64,000 nt of DNA from the NCBI GenBank assembly GCA_038841535.1, contig JAWBTQ010000005.1, positions 1 through 64,000 of the forward strand. The letters are read 5' to 3'. This document shows positions 51,873 through 62,372 of this stretch, in pieces; the stretch's first letter is position 1; the number at the start of each line of letters is the position of its first letter. The stretch comes from Sulfolobales archaeon (GTDB lineage: Archaea > Thermoproteota > Thermoprotei_A > Sulfolobales > NBVN01). The position numbers were made by a program, and so were the translations under genes. A model generated the notes under the pieces. The model was not told where the DNA came from, made no database searches, and worked only from the letters and a program-made list of their open reading frames with translations.

Positions 51873-52246
51873 TTCTTCACAGTGTTCTACCGCTTCTCTT
51901 CCTCCTGCTTTTTTAGGTTCTTACTCTTCTTAACAATGTCCTCTTACCTAAAATTCTCGACAATGTGAACAGCTTTGGGAAACATAATGGTTGTTTGTTT
52001 AACGAACTCGTTTATGAAATCCCCCTCCCTGTTTCTTTCTCATCTAGCGTACTTCTTGAATAGAACTGTCGTCTCGGATGCTGTGGTTGATGTGCTCTCG
52101 GAAAGACCCTACAAAATTTTTAGATATTATATACGCTAACATTAGCGTGGGAGACACACGCATGCTCTTAAAGAGTGAGAGCTTCCTGTTGCATCCTTGT
52201 GCTATGAATGGAAAACAGCGAATGGGTATAATGAGGAGGGTGTGAG

Positions 52247-55200
52247 GTGTCGAAGATGTATGTTTATGAGAATGAGTTAAACGTGAGAATGGCTAGTGTT
52301 CTCAGCGAGAGCTTTGGTCTTGACTGTAGAGCAGAGAGAGTGAGTCGCAGAGCTAGGTCAGATATTAGGTGTTTCTACAGCGGGTTTAGAATCGTTATTG
52401 AAGCCTCTTATAATAGGAGTGACGCAGAAAAAGATGCCAATAAGAGGGTCGAGGACGGTTTAGCAGATATCGCTATAGCACTCCACTACCCTGAGAGGTA
52501 CCCGGATATCCCAGAGGAGGAGTTGAAGAAGAGGCTTCGGGAGTCGGTATTCAACGCCATGATAGTAGTCCCGAGAGAGGTAAGAAACCTTGAGAAGTAT
52601 GTTCTAAGGAAAACGAGAGTCGCAAAACCTGTTGGCGGATGGTTCGACAACATCAAGCTCGGGGACCTGGTAGACATCGTCAAGCACTCCGTATCCTACC
52701 TGCTTGAGGAAGCCGAGGTTGAGCAAGAGGTTGAAGAGGCGAAGAAGTGTATAAGCGAGTTCACCAAAACCGCCAACAGTCTCCAGGGAAGCGATAAGCT
52801 CAGAGAGGAAATAGCTGAGGTGCTCTACAAGCTCTACGGCTTCGAGGTAGCAGAGGCGAGAGATGCTGAAGTAATGTTTGGTCAAGTAGCGCTCTCGGTC
52901 CTCCTATCCTCCATTCTCTACGAGCGGGTAAGGCACTTTCACGGCATTAAACCCTTAGCGGACTACGTTAAACGACATGGTCCTATAAACGGGCTTCGAG
53001 AAGCATTCAACTCCCTCCTAAAGGTAGACTACGAGCCCGCGCTAACCTTTACAGTAGAGATCCTAGGCAAGCTCCCACCGCATCTTAGCCCTCAGGTCGG
53101 CAACATAGTTGACTTAGCGCTGCGGATATCCGAGATGACTAGCCTCCTGGCAAGAGACTTCGCTGGCAGAGTTTACCACGAGATAGTAGGCGACATCGCT
53201 GTTAGAAAGGGCTTCGCAACTTTTTACACTGAGATACCTGCCGCATATATGCTCTCGAATCTAGCTATCAAGACGCTTCTGGATGTGAGCGATATCAAGA
53301 AGCTGGATAAGGACCAGTCTAACGCAATCATCAACTCGCTATGTAGACTAAAGGTAGCGGATTTCGCTTGTGGGAGCGGAACACTACTAACAGCCTCGCT
53401 CTACAACGCGTCAAGACTAGCAAGAAACATATGCTTTCTGCGTGACCTCGAGTGCTCGTGTAGAGAAATAGAAGGAGATAAGAAGAGTTCAGCCAGTATC
53501 GAGAAGACACTGGTAGAGAGAGGTATATATGGACTCGACGCTCTTAGGTATGCTACCCAGGTATCAGCGTTGAACCTCGCGCTCATGATTCCAGAGAGCA
53601 TCACCAGAGAGAACATAGCAACCGTGTACCTAGGTGTTATGCCAAATATGAACGCATGGCTTGGTTCACTCGAGCTCCTAGATAACGTTAAAACGTTTGG
53701 GGGACTGCTTGGGTGGATTGAAAGCGGATTGGAGGGAGCAGTAGAGACGGTATCAGCAACTAGAGTTGTAAGTGGAAGCATAGAGCTTCTCGACAAGTAC
53801 GATATAGTCATAATGAACCCGCCGTTCACTAGAGCGACCGGGAGAGTCGGCAAAGAGTTCGAAGAGGAGAGGAAAGGGCTCTTCGGCTTCATAGCGGACG
53901 AGAAAAACAGGAAGATTCTTAAGGAGAGATACGATAAAATCCGCGAGAGAGTGAGAAGCGACCTCATGAAGATAGCCAGAGAGCTCGTGGGGAAGGAGCC
54001 AGTTCTACAGTTCTACAGGATGCTCTTACTGGAGCTCGGAAAGAAGAAAGAGGAAAGTGATACTGGTTTAGACCAGTACCTCAGTATAGGGCAGGCTGGT
54101 GAGGGTCTTCTCTTCCTCTACCTAGCCTACAGGTACGTTAGTCCAGGCGGGGTAATAGCCTTCGTACTACCGAGAAACCTTCTTTCGGGTATATCCTGGT
54201 TCTTGGCGAGAACGCTCCTAGCGGGCAAGTTCCATCTTAGATACGTCATTGTTAGTAGCGATGCCAAGAAAGGCTATAACTTCTCGGAGAACACTAGCTT
54301 AAGCGAGTGCTTGATCGTCGCCAAGAGAACAGATGAACATAGACCAGACGAGGAAACAGTGTTCATCAACCTGCTCAGGAAACCGAAATCAGCCCTAGAG
54401 GCTATACTGCTATCAGAGAAGATACTGCTATCCGAGGATGCGCTAAGGGTAAGTGGTGGTAAGAAAGAGGGATTAGTAGAGCTAAGCAGTGGCGCTACGT
54501 GCGTTGTCCAGAGAGTTCCTAGACGGATGCTCCTGGAGAACATAGATAACTGGAACAAGCTGGTCTTCCTTCCGGAGCCGGAGGTCGTGGACATCGGTTT
54601 GAGTGTTCTGAAGGGAGACCTCGGAGTCATGGACGTAAGGGTTCCGGTAGCTAGACTAAATGAGCTCATAGCCAGCATAGGCATAGATAGTCCTCAGTTC
54701 CACGATAACTTCAACCGTACCAGCACGGAAACTCCTTATCCAATAGTATACGGAGGCGAAGAGGAGATCAGAGAAAAAATGCTCGTAAAGCCAAACGCGT
54801 ACGCTACCTGTAAACCCGATAGAGCCCGAAAGATCTACGAAAAGTTCGCAGGTAGAGTACTGTTGCCGGATAGAATATGGCTAGATACCGCTCATGTCAT
54901 AGCATTGTTCTCGGAGACTCCAGTTCTCTCCAACATATTCTACGCTGTTAGACTGAAGAAGCCCGGAGTGGAGGCCGAGAAGGCTCTCGTCTACTGGCTC
55001 AACACCACCTGGGGTCTACTATCAGTTGTCGCGAGCAGGGAAGAAACAAGAGGACGGTGGATGCGCTTAAAGAAGGCTCAGTGGAGGATGCTACCCGTAC
55101 TAGACGTGAGCAAGCTAGACGACGAGGCTCTCGAAAGACTCTCAAACGCCTTCAATACTTTATGCGGTGCTAAACCTAGAAGGATAGTAGAGCAGTTCTC

Positions 55201-55387
55201 CACAGACCCCGAAAAGGTGGACCCCGTGAGGCTAAGATTTGACCTCGAGTTCCTGAAAGCCTTCGACCCAAGCATAGACGAGAACGAGGCTAAGAAGAAG
55301 CTTTACGAAATCTACAAGAGAATAGCTGTAGCACTAAAGCGATGGACTGAAGAATCCAACAGTGAGATGAGGAAAGAGAAGCGCTAA
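52247..55387 (+). CDS. Single-chain restriction-modification enzyme (Type IIG/IIL-like: nuclease + m6A MTase + specificity domain)
   Basis: N-terminal SD(x)12-EAS PD-(D/E)xK-like core, ATFYTE, DFACGSG, MNPPF, C-terminal LVYWLNTTWG...LPVLD TRD-like region. Confidence 0.85.
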   Translation: MSKMYVYENELNVRMASVLSESFGLDCRAERVSRRARSDIRCFYSGFRIVIEASYNRSDAEKDANKRVEDGLADIAIALHYPERYPDIPEEELKKRLRESVFNAMIVVPREVRNLEKYVLRKTRVAKPVGGWFDNIKLGDLVDIVKHSVSYLLEEAEVEQEVEEAKKCISEFTKTANSLQGSDKLREEIAEVLYKLYGFEVAEARDAEVMFGQVALSVLLSSILYERVRHFHGIKPLADYVKRHGPINGLREAFNSLLKVDYEPALTFTVEILGKLPPHLSPQVGNIVDLALRISEMTSLLARDFAGRVYHEIVGDIAVRKGFATFYTEIPAAYMLSNLAIKTLLDVSDIKKLDKDQSNAIINSLCRLKVADFACGSGTLLTASLYNASRLARNICFLRDLECSCREIEGDKKSSASIEKTLVERGIYGLDALRYATQVSALNLALMIPESITRENIATVYLGVMPNMNAWLGSLELLDNVKTFGGLLGWIESGLEGAVETVSATRVVSGSIELLDKYDIVIMNPPFTRATGRVGKEFEEERKGLFGFIADEKNRKILKERYDKIRERVRSDLMKIARELVGKEPVLQFYRMLLLELGKKKEESDTGLDQYLSIGQAGEGLLFLYLAYRYVSPGGVIAFVLPRNLLSGISWFLARTLLAGKFHLRYVIVSSDAKKGYNFSENTSLSECLIVAKRTDEHRPDEETVFINLLRKPKSALEAILLSEKILLSEDALRVSGGKKEGLVELSSGATCVVQRVPRRMLLENIDNWNKLVFLPEPEVVDIGLSVLKGDLGVMDVRVPVARLNELIASIGIDSPQFHDNFNRTSTETPYPIVYGGEEEIREKMLVKPNAYATCKPDRARKIYEKFAGRVLLPDRIWLDTAHVIALFSETPVLSNIFYAVRLKKPGVEAEKALVYWLNTTWGLLSVVASREETRGRWMRLKKAQWRMLPVLDVSKLDDEALERLSNAFNTLCGAKPRRIVEQFSTDPEKVDPVRLRFDLEFLKAFDPSIDENEAKKKLYEIYKRIAVALKRWTEESNSEMRKEKR

Positions 55388-55917
55388 GGTGTTGATTCAT
55401 TGGCAATGTTTTTGGTCATGAAACGTAGTTTTAGTGGAATTTGATTTTGATACAGGTTGTGTAACATCATTCTATACTATTATACTATCACTAAACGTAA
55501 TTTACCTTGCAGACCATACCTATTCAGCGGAAAAGACTTCTTTGAGTAGAACGCTCATGGTGTTAAGAGTGCGTCTCTAAAGAGCGTTGCGGAGATAATT
55601 GCGTATTTGGGGATTGTTCCCCGGGGCTACCTTGTAAACATCTTTGTTAGGAGGGCTAGAGCTGAGGAACCTAACCTAAGGATGTTACTGGTAACGGAAG
55701 TATATAGGTCAAAACAGTACTAGTTATTTTGACCCCTACTAACGGTCCAGGTTGAAAACGCCCAATTCCGGTCAGAATCAGACCATGATTTGTCTGGCAC
55801 AGTACCTGGGCTGACCTGATCGTTCGGGTTCTCGAATCCGAGAAATTTTTGTTTTGGTGACTCAATCAGACATGTTGGTAAATGTTAACTTTACATACCT
55901 TTATTTTTTAAAGCGTT

Positions 55918-56050
55918 TCTTTCATATACCTTTTGACCATGTTTCATTTATTTACCTTTTACAAAAGGTAAATGAAAGAAACATGTAAGTCATGTGGGTC
56001 CGGAACCATCAGACTCACCCGAGCAAGAGGTATATAAATCTTTCATATAC
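55918..56050. repeat. AT-rich palindrome plus direct repeats, origin/operator-like
   Basis: ATTTACCTTTT-AC-AAAAGGTAAAT (55950-55973) within CATGTTTC...GAAACATG (55938-55985); TCTTTCATATAC at 55918 and 56039. Confidence 0.7.
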
Positions 56051-56131
56051 ACTTTGATTTAGACCGCATATAAAAGAAACAATACTACATCGGATTAAAA
56101 CGTAAATAAAAGTAACCATAGTTGAATCAAT

Positions 56132-57044
56132 TTAAAACTTCAAGTCGCGAATAGACCCCCTCACAAGTACCAAGAGAAACTTTTTGATCTCTTCCAATCC
56201 CTCAATAAGGTAAACCTTCACGAGTGCTCTATCCCTTAATTGAAGGTCTAGTAGCGGTGGAAGAATATACATATCCAAACTAGTGAACACGCCACCCCCC
56301 TCAAAATACACCAACCCACAGAGGTTACCCAGAAACCATGGAGAGGACCACCGACCTCCCCCCCAAGGTATTCGTACTCTACCCCACCGCTCTCCAAAAC
56401 CCTCCTAACCCTCCTCAACCCCTAATCACAACCTCGGGAACACGACGAACAACGATCCTCTTGGAGAACCATAATAACAAAGAATCGAACTACACCTAGG
56501 AAGCTGAGGAAGAATCCCAACCTCATCCAAAGAAAGGAAAACCTCGGAAGGGACATACACCACCTCCCAACCATCAAAAACACGATAAAGAATTACATAG
56601 GTAGATGGAAAACCGCCATAACCAAGGTGCATACACGGGAATCGTACTCCTAACTTTCCTAACCACCTTAACCCCCATCCCCACCAACCTTATAAACGCC
56701 GACAACCACTGCCATCCCCTTATGAGACCCACTAATGAACTAAAACCCCCAATAACTCCATTATCTTGATCATCCTCCACATCCCAACCCCCAAGAAAAC
56801 CATACCTCCGGTGCAGAACATAACTATTGAGAGAACTGAACATATCCCCCATCGTGATGAAGGGAATATTGGAAACAGTAACCACGGTAATCCTCCCATT
56901 CCTATCATAACGAACAATAAATCTGTTAGATATATGATTCCAAGGAAAATGGTGAACCCCACTCTTACCGATTTCGTAAAGCTTTATTCCGAGTTGATTA
57001 TCAACAACCTGGAGTATGAAAATCCCACATACACTATAATTCAT
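56132..57044 (-). pseudogene. Cluster of short, frameshifted virus/plasmid-like ORFs
   Basis: Strong G/T bias on the coding strand; adjacent frames join if single-base shifts are assumed (G7 run at 56358-56364; shift near 56635). Confidence 0.5.
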
Positions 57045-57604
57045 GGACTGAAGAATGTTTTCAAGAGATCTAACTGTAACCCACCCATTTTTAATGTCTT
57101 CAACCTCATCAACAACCTTAACAACCTTTCGGGTATTGTTCCATTCTTACCCGCCAACTCTTTAAGATTCTCTTTATCATAAATGTACGGTATTTTATCG
57201 ATGTCCCTAAATCTCACAACAACCCTAGTATTCCCTCCACACTTTCTAACTACTATGAATTTCCTCTCATCTCTATGGAGATACTCTAGTAGATCCCTAG
57301 AAACAAGAACATCAATCATCCTGAAACCGCTAAGAACAATACCCGGATACCTATAGTAGGCACCTCTCCTAGTCCTTATCTCCCGTCTAGAACCATACAC
57401 CTCAAAATACAAAATGCTTCGCATCTCTTGAGAGTAAAGATTCTTAGAGTAACTCTCACCAACACTAAAACTTGAATTCCAGACATCACCAGCATTAATT
57501 CGGTTAGCAGACCTCTTTGCCCAACCCTTCAGCTTCTTCCTCCTCACCCTCCACCTCCTAAACAAAACCCTCTTCAACATCACTAGGTACTCTAGTGCGG
57601 ACAT
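57041..57604 (-). CDS. Basic hypothetical protein of the integrated element
   Basis: 187-aa Arg/Lys-rich ORF heading the minus-strand cluster; TATA-like TTTAAAAATA upstream. Confidence 0.6.
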   Translation of the reverse strand: MSALEYLVMLKRVLFRRWRVRRKKLKGWAKRSANRINAGDVWNSSFSVGESYSKNLYSQEMRSILYFEVYGSRREIRTRRGAYYRYPGIVLSGFRMIDVLVSRDLLEYLHRDERKFIVVRKCGGNTRVVVRFRDIDKIPYIYDKENLKELAGKNGTIPERLLRLLMRLKTLKMGGLQLDLLKTFFSP

Positions 57605-57707
57605 CGAATCACTGTCTCGAAGGGGTGAAAAGTATTTTTAAAATTTTCAAGTACGCCTCAACAAACATACCCAATAAAACCTAACAGTAATATCAAAAAG
57701 TATACCA

Positions 57708-57738
57708 TGTTTCACAGCTCACGCATAAACCATGAAAC
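57708..57738. repeat. 31-bp imperfect direct repeat copy 2
   Basis: TGTTTCACAGCTCACGCATAAACCATGAAAC. Confidence 0.8.
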
Positions 57739-58105
57739 ATATACATGCGGAGTAGCATACTCCTAAAGCGGGGAAGAATCAAAGGCTTTAAGCCCGATTT
57801 CGTTCGACAAGCGGTTAAACAGAATGACCATAAATACATCATAATATAATTGTTTTATGGATCTGACATGCTCACTTTTCGTAAATTTCCCATGAGACTC
57901 ACTCTTTTAAAGTTTCAATCGTACAATTAAAGTATCGTTTCCTAATCGACGATACGTACCTTAGTAGAGCTTATAGCGAATACGTGGAAATAAAACGATG
58001 ATTTATTGGATGATAGACGACGTTGCGATGTTGCGATGATGTAAGAAAAAGAAAAATGAACATTGTAATAAAGTAATAAAAATATTTTTTAAGTTAAAAT
58101 TATCT

Positions 58106-59080
58106 TTACCGTTTTCTCTGCCATTTAGCTACAGTTTCTTCGAACTCCCGCCGAATTATCTCATTCAAATCATAAGTACCATACATGCTGTACAGTTCCT
58201 CAGGTGTGAGTAGCTCTAGCTCTAGCTGTCTCCATCGCTTAAAACCAACAATGTCATTAAATTCAGCCCATGTCACCCCCATCGCCTCTAGGGCTTTAAT
58301 GTCCTCAGTCTCCTTCAAAATCTTTAGTGCTTCATACATAGCTTTGGTTGCTGCGTAGAGGGCTACCATGGGAACAGATAAGTACTTTACTCCTGCTCTT
58401 CGAAGCTCCTCGATGGAGAATGGTGGGGTTCTCCCTCCCGGGATAATATTAAGAGATATCGGAGCAGGTATGTTTTTCACAAGTTTTTCCACTTCTTCGA
58501 TGCTCTGAGGTGCTTCTACGTATACGTAGTCGGCACCAGCGTGTGCATATGCCTTTCCTCTCTCAATAGCTTCCTCAAGTCCGGCTACTGCTCTCGCGTC
58601 TGTCCTAGCTCCGATAACCATATCTGGGTCTATTTCACTAGCAGCCTTCTTAGCAGCCTTGATCTTTTGAACCATCTCTTCCTTGGGTATTATTCTTTTT
58701 CCGAGCATGTGTCCACATCTCTTTGGCCATACCTGGTCCTCTATTCTAATGCCTGCTGCTCCAACTTTAGCAAAATTGTACGCTGTCCAATAGACGTTTA
58801 GCGGATTCCCATACCCTGTATCGGCATCTACATCAACTGGGATCGAAACAGCATTTATTATGGTCCTAACTCTTTCAAGCATTTCACCAAAACTTACTAA
58901 CCCGATATCGGGTTGTCCTATTAATGTAGCGGCTATGCCGTATCCGGTAGTACCTACAATCTCGAATCCAACCTTCTCTATTATAATCGCTGAAAGAGCG
59001 TCATAAGCGCAAGGTCTAATGATCATCTTGTCTCTACTTAAGAGCTCTCTAAATCTTTTACCCATAGACCTGAGGGGCAT
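58106..59080 (-). CDS. Isocitrate lyase/PEP mutase family enzyme (PrpB/CPEP mutase-like)
   Basis: YDALSA, TGYG, DADTGYG, IEDQVWPKRCGH, ARTDA, GADYVYVEAP. Confidence 0.9.
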   Translation of the reverse strand: MPLRSMGKRFRELLSRDKMIIRPCAYDALSAIIIEKVGFEIVGTTGYGIAATLIGQPDIGLVSFGEMLERVRTIINAVSIPVDVDADTGYGNPLNVYWTAYNFAKVGAAGIRIEDQVWPKRCGHMLGKRIIPKEEMVQKIKAAKKAASEIDPDMVIGARTDARAVAGLEEAIERGKAYAHAGADYVYVEAPQSIEEVEKLVKNIPAPISLNIIPGGRTPPFSIEELRRAGVKYLSVPMVALYAATKAMYEALKILKETEDIKALEAMGVTWAEFNDIVGFKRWRQLELELLTPEELYSMYGTYDLNEIIRREFEETVAKWQRKR

Positions 59081-61145
59081 GTGAATCCACCTTCTTTAAC
59101 CTATTTTTAATAAGGGATACGGCTAGAACAACTACAAAAAATGCTGCAAATGCCGGTAGGAACTGATAGAACATTAAGCCTACAAATCCCAATACCGCTA
59201 TTAAGCCGTATAGTATTCTCATTGGAGCTTTTAAACCATAAGTGCTCCACCACGCTACTCCCGTGTAAGCAATTAACAAGGCAACCATGATCATCACGAT
59301 TACTAGGGACTCCACAAGAATTGACGTGACATTAAGTAAAGATAGCTCACCAACTGTTACAAGCAATAGGTCTGGTCTAAGTATAAATCCCCAGGCTATA
59401 ATCCATGATGCTAACGTCATCGCAAAAGCGGCTATGCCGGCCTTCCAGAAATCAGCTTTAGCTATGCTCGCTGCTGCAAAGGTGGCAAGAGCAACTGGTG
59501 GTGTTAACGGGGCGAAAACCCCGAAATAAAATATAAAGTAGTGAAGGGCTATCTTAGGAATACCGATAAGCGCTGCTAGTCCACCCAGGATCGAGACTAA
59601 AGTCACGTATACTACCGGTGTGGGAAGTCCGAAGCCGAGCAAAATTGCTATGAACATCGAGATTAGTAATACGATGAACATGTTCCCCCCAGAAATATCC
59701 CAAATAATGCGACCTAGACTATAGGATAAACCCGATAAAGATAGTACTCCGGCTATTATGCCAGCTCCAGCGCATGTTAATATTATAGAGGACGCTTCTC
59801 TAAACGACTTTTGAAATCCTTTTATGACATTATTAGAAAAAGATCTCGACGACCTCAAGCCCAATAAAGCTAAAACCATGAGAATAGACAAAGCTGACGT
59901 AACCATTATCGAAGATATCGTAGAACCCAGTTGGTATGCAAAGACGGCGAAAGTAACTAAAATGAGTGTAGAAAATAGCATACCTAAAGTTTTCCCATAC
60001 CTCAATGCCGCTATAATTAAGACAGACAGCAATGAGCCGAGAGCTGCCATACCGGCTTCAAATCCGATTGACAAAAGATATACGAGTAGGGCAATAGGCG
60101 TAAACGCATATAACTCTCGCAACACCTCCCTCCTTTTTGGGATTTCGGATTCTGGAAGTTCTCTAAGACCTAACTTTTTAGACATAAGATCGACATAGAG
60201 ATAGAGATAAAGATAGTACAATACTGCTGGCACTATGGAGGCTACCACCACATACCAGTACGTCACACCTAAGTAAAGGGGCATTATGAAACCAGCGGAA
60301 CCTAAAACCGGGGGCATTATCTGCGCCCCCGTTCCACAAGCAGCTGTGATAGCAGCGGCTACCTCTGGTGTTAAACCAAGCTTGATCATGGTGGGAATGG
60401 TTATCGTTCCAATAATTGCCGTTGCCCCAGTAGCCGAACCAGTTGAAGTACCTAATAAGGCTGTTGATACTACAGTTACCTTAGCTGGACCGCCACGCCT
60501 CTTGCCAGCAAATGCTGTGGCTACTTTACTGAAGTACTCTGCTATGCCTGCCTGCTCCAGCATTGAGCCGAAAAGCAGAAATACTGTTATCATTAGAACA
60601 GCTACCTGCAGTGGGGTTGAATATATACCAATGTTAAACAGATATATCTTTTCAATAAACAACTTAAAGTCAAATTTTGCATCCCAAAGCCCGTATGCTA
60701 TGAAAGCTAGTACGACTATAGCAAGCTCGCGACCTACTCTTCTTCTGATTGCCTCAGTGGTTAGGATTACCGTGAGCCATCCAAATAAAATGTCCTCTGC
60801 TGTTGTAATACCAATCCTCAAACTTAGTTCATGATATATTGCGAAGCGATAAATAGATGCCGCAAAAGCAATTATTCCTAAAACGTAATCGATATAGCTT
60901 ACTCTACTCCCTCTACGCGCCGGTGTAGTAAAATAAGTGTATAGCAGGGATAATGCTAATAGTAAAGACATATGGTGTTGACTAGTGAGAACCAACCATT
61001 CCGGAATACTGGTAACGTGGGAAAGCATTGATAGGATTACGTTATAAGCTCCTGTTGCCACGAGCACGAGATAAATTATAGAAAAAACCGCTATGCTGCT
61101 GACGAAAAACTTACTCATGTAAATCCTCCTCATGTAAATCTTCAC
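59058..61145 (-). CDS. TRAP transporter fused permease (4TM/12TM, TAXI-associated)
   Basis: GGPAKV, GAQIMPPVLGS.GF, GFGLPT, HYFIFYF...TPPVALA. Confidence 0.92.
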   Translation of the reverse strand: MKIYMRRIYMSKFFVSSIAVFSIIYLVLVATGAYNVILSMLSHVTSIPEWLVLTSQHHMSLLLALSLLYTYFTTPARRGSRVSYIDYVLGIIAFAASIYRFAIYHELSLRIGITTAEDILFGWLTVILTTEAIRRRVGRELAIVVLAFIAYGLWDAKFDFKLFIEKIYLFNIGIYSTPLQVAVLMITVFLLFGSMLEQAGIAEYFSKVATAFAGKRRGGPAKVTVVSTALLGTSTGSATGATAIIGTITIPTMIKLGLTPEVAAAITAACGTGAQIMPPVLGSAGFIMPLYLGVTYWYVVVASIVPAVLYYLYLYLYVDLMSKKLGLRELPESEIPKRREVLRELYAFTPIALLVYLLSIGFEAGMAALGSLLSVLIIAALRYGKTLGMLFSTLILVTFAVFAYQLGSTISSIMVTSALSILMVLALLGLRSSRSFSNNVIKGFQKSFREASSIILTCAGAGIIAGVLSLSGLSYSLGRIIWDISGGNMFIVLLISMFIAILLGFGLPTPVVYVTLVSILGGLAALIGIPKIALHYFIFYFGVFAPLTPPVALATFAAASIAKADFWKAGIAAFAMTLASWIIAWGFILRPDLLLVTVGELSLLNVTSILVESLVIVMIMVALLIAYTGVAWWSTYGLKAPMRILYGLIAVLGFVGLMFYQFLPAFAAFFVVVLAVSLIKNRLKKVDSHAPQVYG

Positions 61146-62197
61146 TTTGGTTTTATTTCATCTGGAACAACAAATCCTTTCTCTACGAAGTATTTAAAGG
61201 CTCCCTGGTGTAAGGGAATTGCAATACCTCCGAACGGGTTGTTTCTATCCACATCTCTCAAAAACTCGGCCATAACAACTACTTCGTCAAAATGTTCCCA
61301 ATAGGCTTTAACGAACTTATATATGAGTTCCTCCGGAGCGCCTGAGTTTGCTATTATGATAGAAGGAACCTTCAACACTCTAACATCTCTATCCATACCA
61401 TTGTAGCTTCCTGCTTTAGCCACATAAACACCGAAAAACTTATACTTTTCTATAAGCCTGTTGGCGATCTCCTCAGGTATCTCAACAAATGATAGAGGTA
61501 GCCTCATACTAAGTTCATAAATAGACGGATTCGGGACTATAGTGTGGTGGATAACGGCATCAACTTGACCTGCGAGTAGCATGTCCCAGGATTCTGGGTC
61601 CCCAATATTAAGTTTCACTGCTTTATCCCAAATACCTGCTTCCTTTAGAATTATCTCTGATACTACAGCATCCCCGCTTCCAGGTTCTCCGATTGCCACT
61701 CTTTTTCCAGCTAAATCGTATACTGTTTTAATACCGCTACCCGATTTGACGAGAAATCCAACTACTAACGGGTGGATTGGAGCGACTGCTCTAAGATTTG
61801 GGTAGCTCTCGTTAGTGAAGAATGGGGGGAGCCCCTTGTATGCATAGTAAGCTACTAAACTTGTTGATAGTGAGATTGGTACATCTCCTCTACCTACAGC
61901 CCTGGAATTGCTTACTGAACCACCACCAGGAATTGCTACGACGACTATCTCTGGTGTATACTTTGACACAATTGCGGCAATTGCTTGGGCTGCTATATAG
62001 AATGTTCCGGTCGGTGAGCCTGTTGGCATTTTAAAATAGTATTCTCGCTTTTCTACCGGAGTTTGCGTAACGGTAGTCGGAGTGGGGGAAGAAGTGGGAG
62101 ATGGCTTCAGGCCTCCTAATAAGCCATAGGCTACTGAAATTATTACTATCGCAGTGAGTATCAATGCCACTATAGCATAAAGTATGGACTTTGGCAT
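61142..62197 (-). CDS. TAXI-family TRAP solute receptor
   Basis: TGSPTGTFY, GGSVSN, DLAGKRVAIG.PGSG, IPLHQGA.KYF.E.G. Confidence 0.93.
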   Translation of the reverse strand: MPKSILYAIVALILTAIVIISVAYGLLGGLKPSPTSSPTPTTVTQTPVEKREYYFKMPTGSPTGTFYIAAQAIAAIVSKYTPEIVVVAIPGGGSVSNSRAVGRGDVPISLSTSLVAYYAYKGLPPFFTNESYPNLRAVAPIHPLVVGFLVKSGSGIKTVYDLAGKRVAIGEPGSGDAVVSEIILKEAGIWDKAVKLNIGDPESWDMLLAGQVDAVIHHTIVPNPSIYELSMRLPLSFVEIPEEIANRLIEKYKFFGVYVAKAGSYNGMDRDVRVLKVPSIIIANSGAPEELIYKFVKAYWEHFDEVVVMAEFLRDVDRNNPFGGIAIPLHQGAFKYFVEKGFVVPDEIKPK

Positions 62198-62372
62198 GCT
62201 ATTACCCTATCACTTTATGCAGGGACCGTAATATTCTAGGTGTCAAACAAGTTTGGCTGAGTTTTATTACCCGTGACCCTCTTCTTCGTACCCTTTAAGC
62301 TTCTTTATAATGTCCGCTCATAGTTAATTCAATTGACATGGTTTATAAGTTCAATAAGTTAACCCAATCAGG

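Larger units (their letters stand above)
51114..57740. mobile_element. Decayed integrated element (provirus/plasmid-like island) at the tRNA-Ser 3' end
   Basis: Integrase remnant next to the tRNA, RM cargo gene, composition shift, eroded small ORFs, bounding 31-bp repeat. Right boundary uncertain. Confidence 0.7.

Noticed and set aside
55821-55842. GGGTTCTCGAATCC as a possible attR copy of the tRNA-Ser T arm
   Set aside because: Interrupted match with no adjoining acceptor-stem sequence; better explained as a local hairpin.
57895-57960. GTTTCAAT resembling a CRISPR repeat start
   Set aside because: Single occurrence, no repeat-spacer periodicity; no CRISPR array seen in the window.
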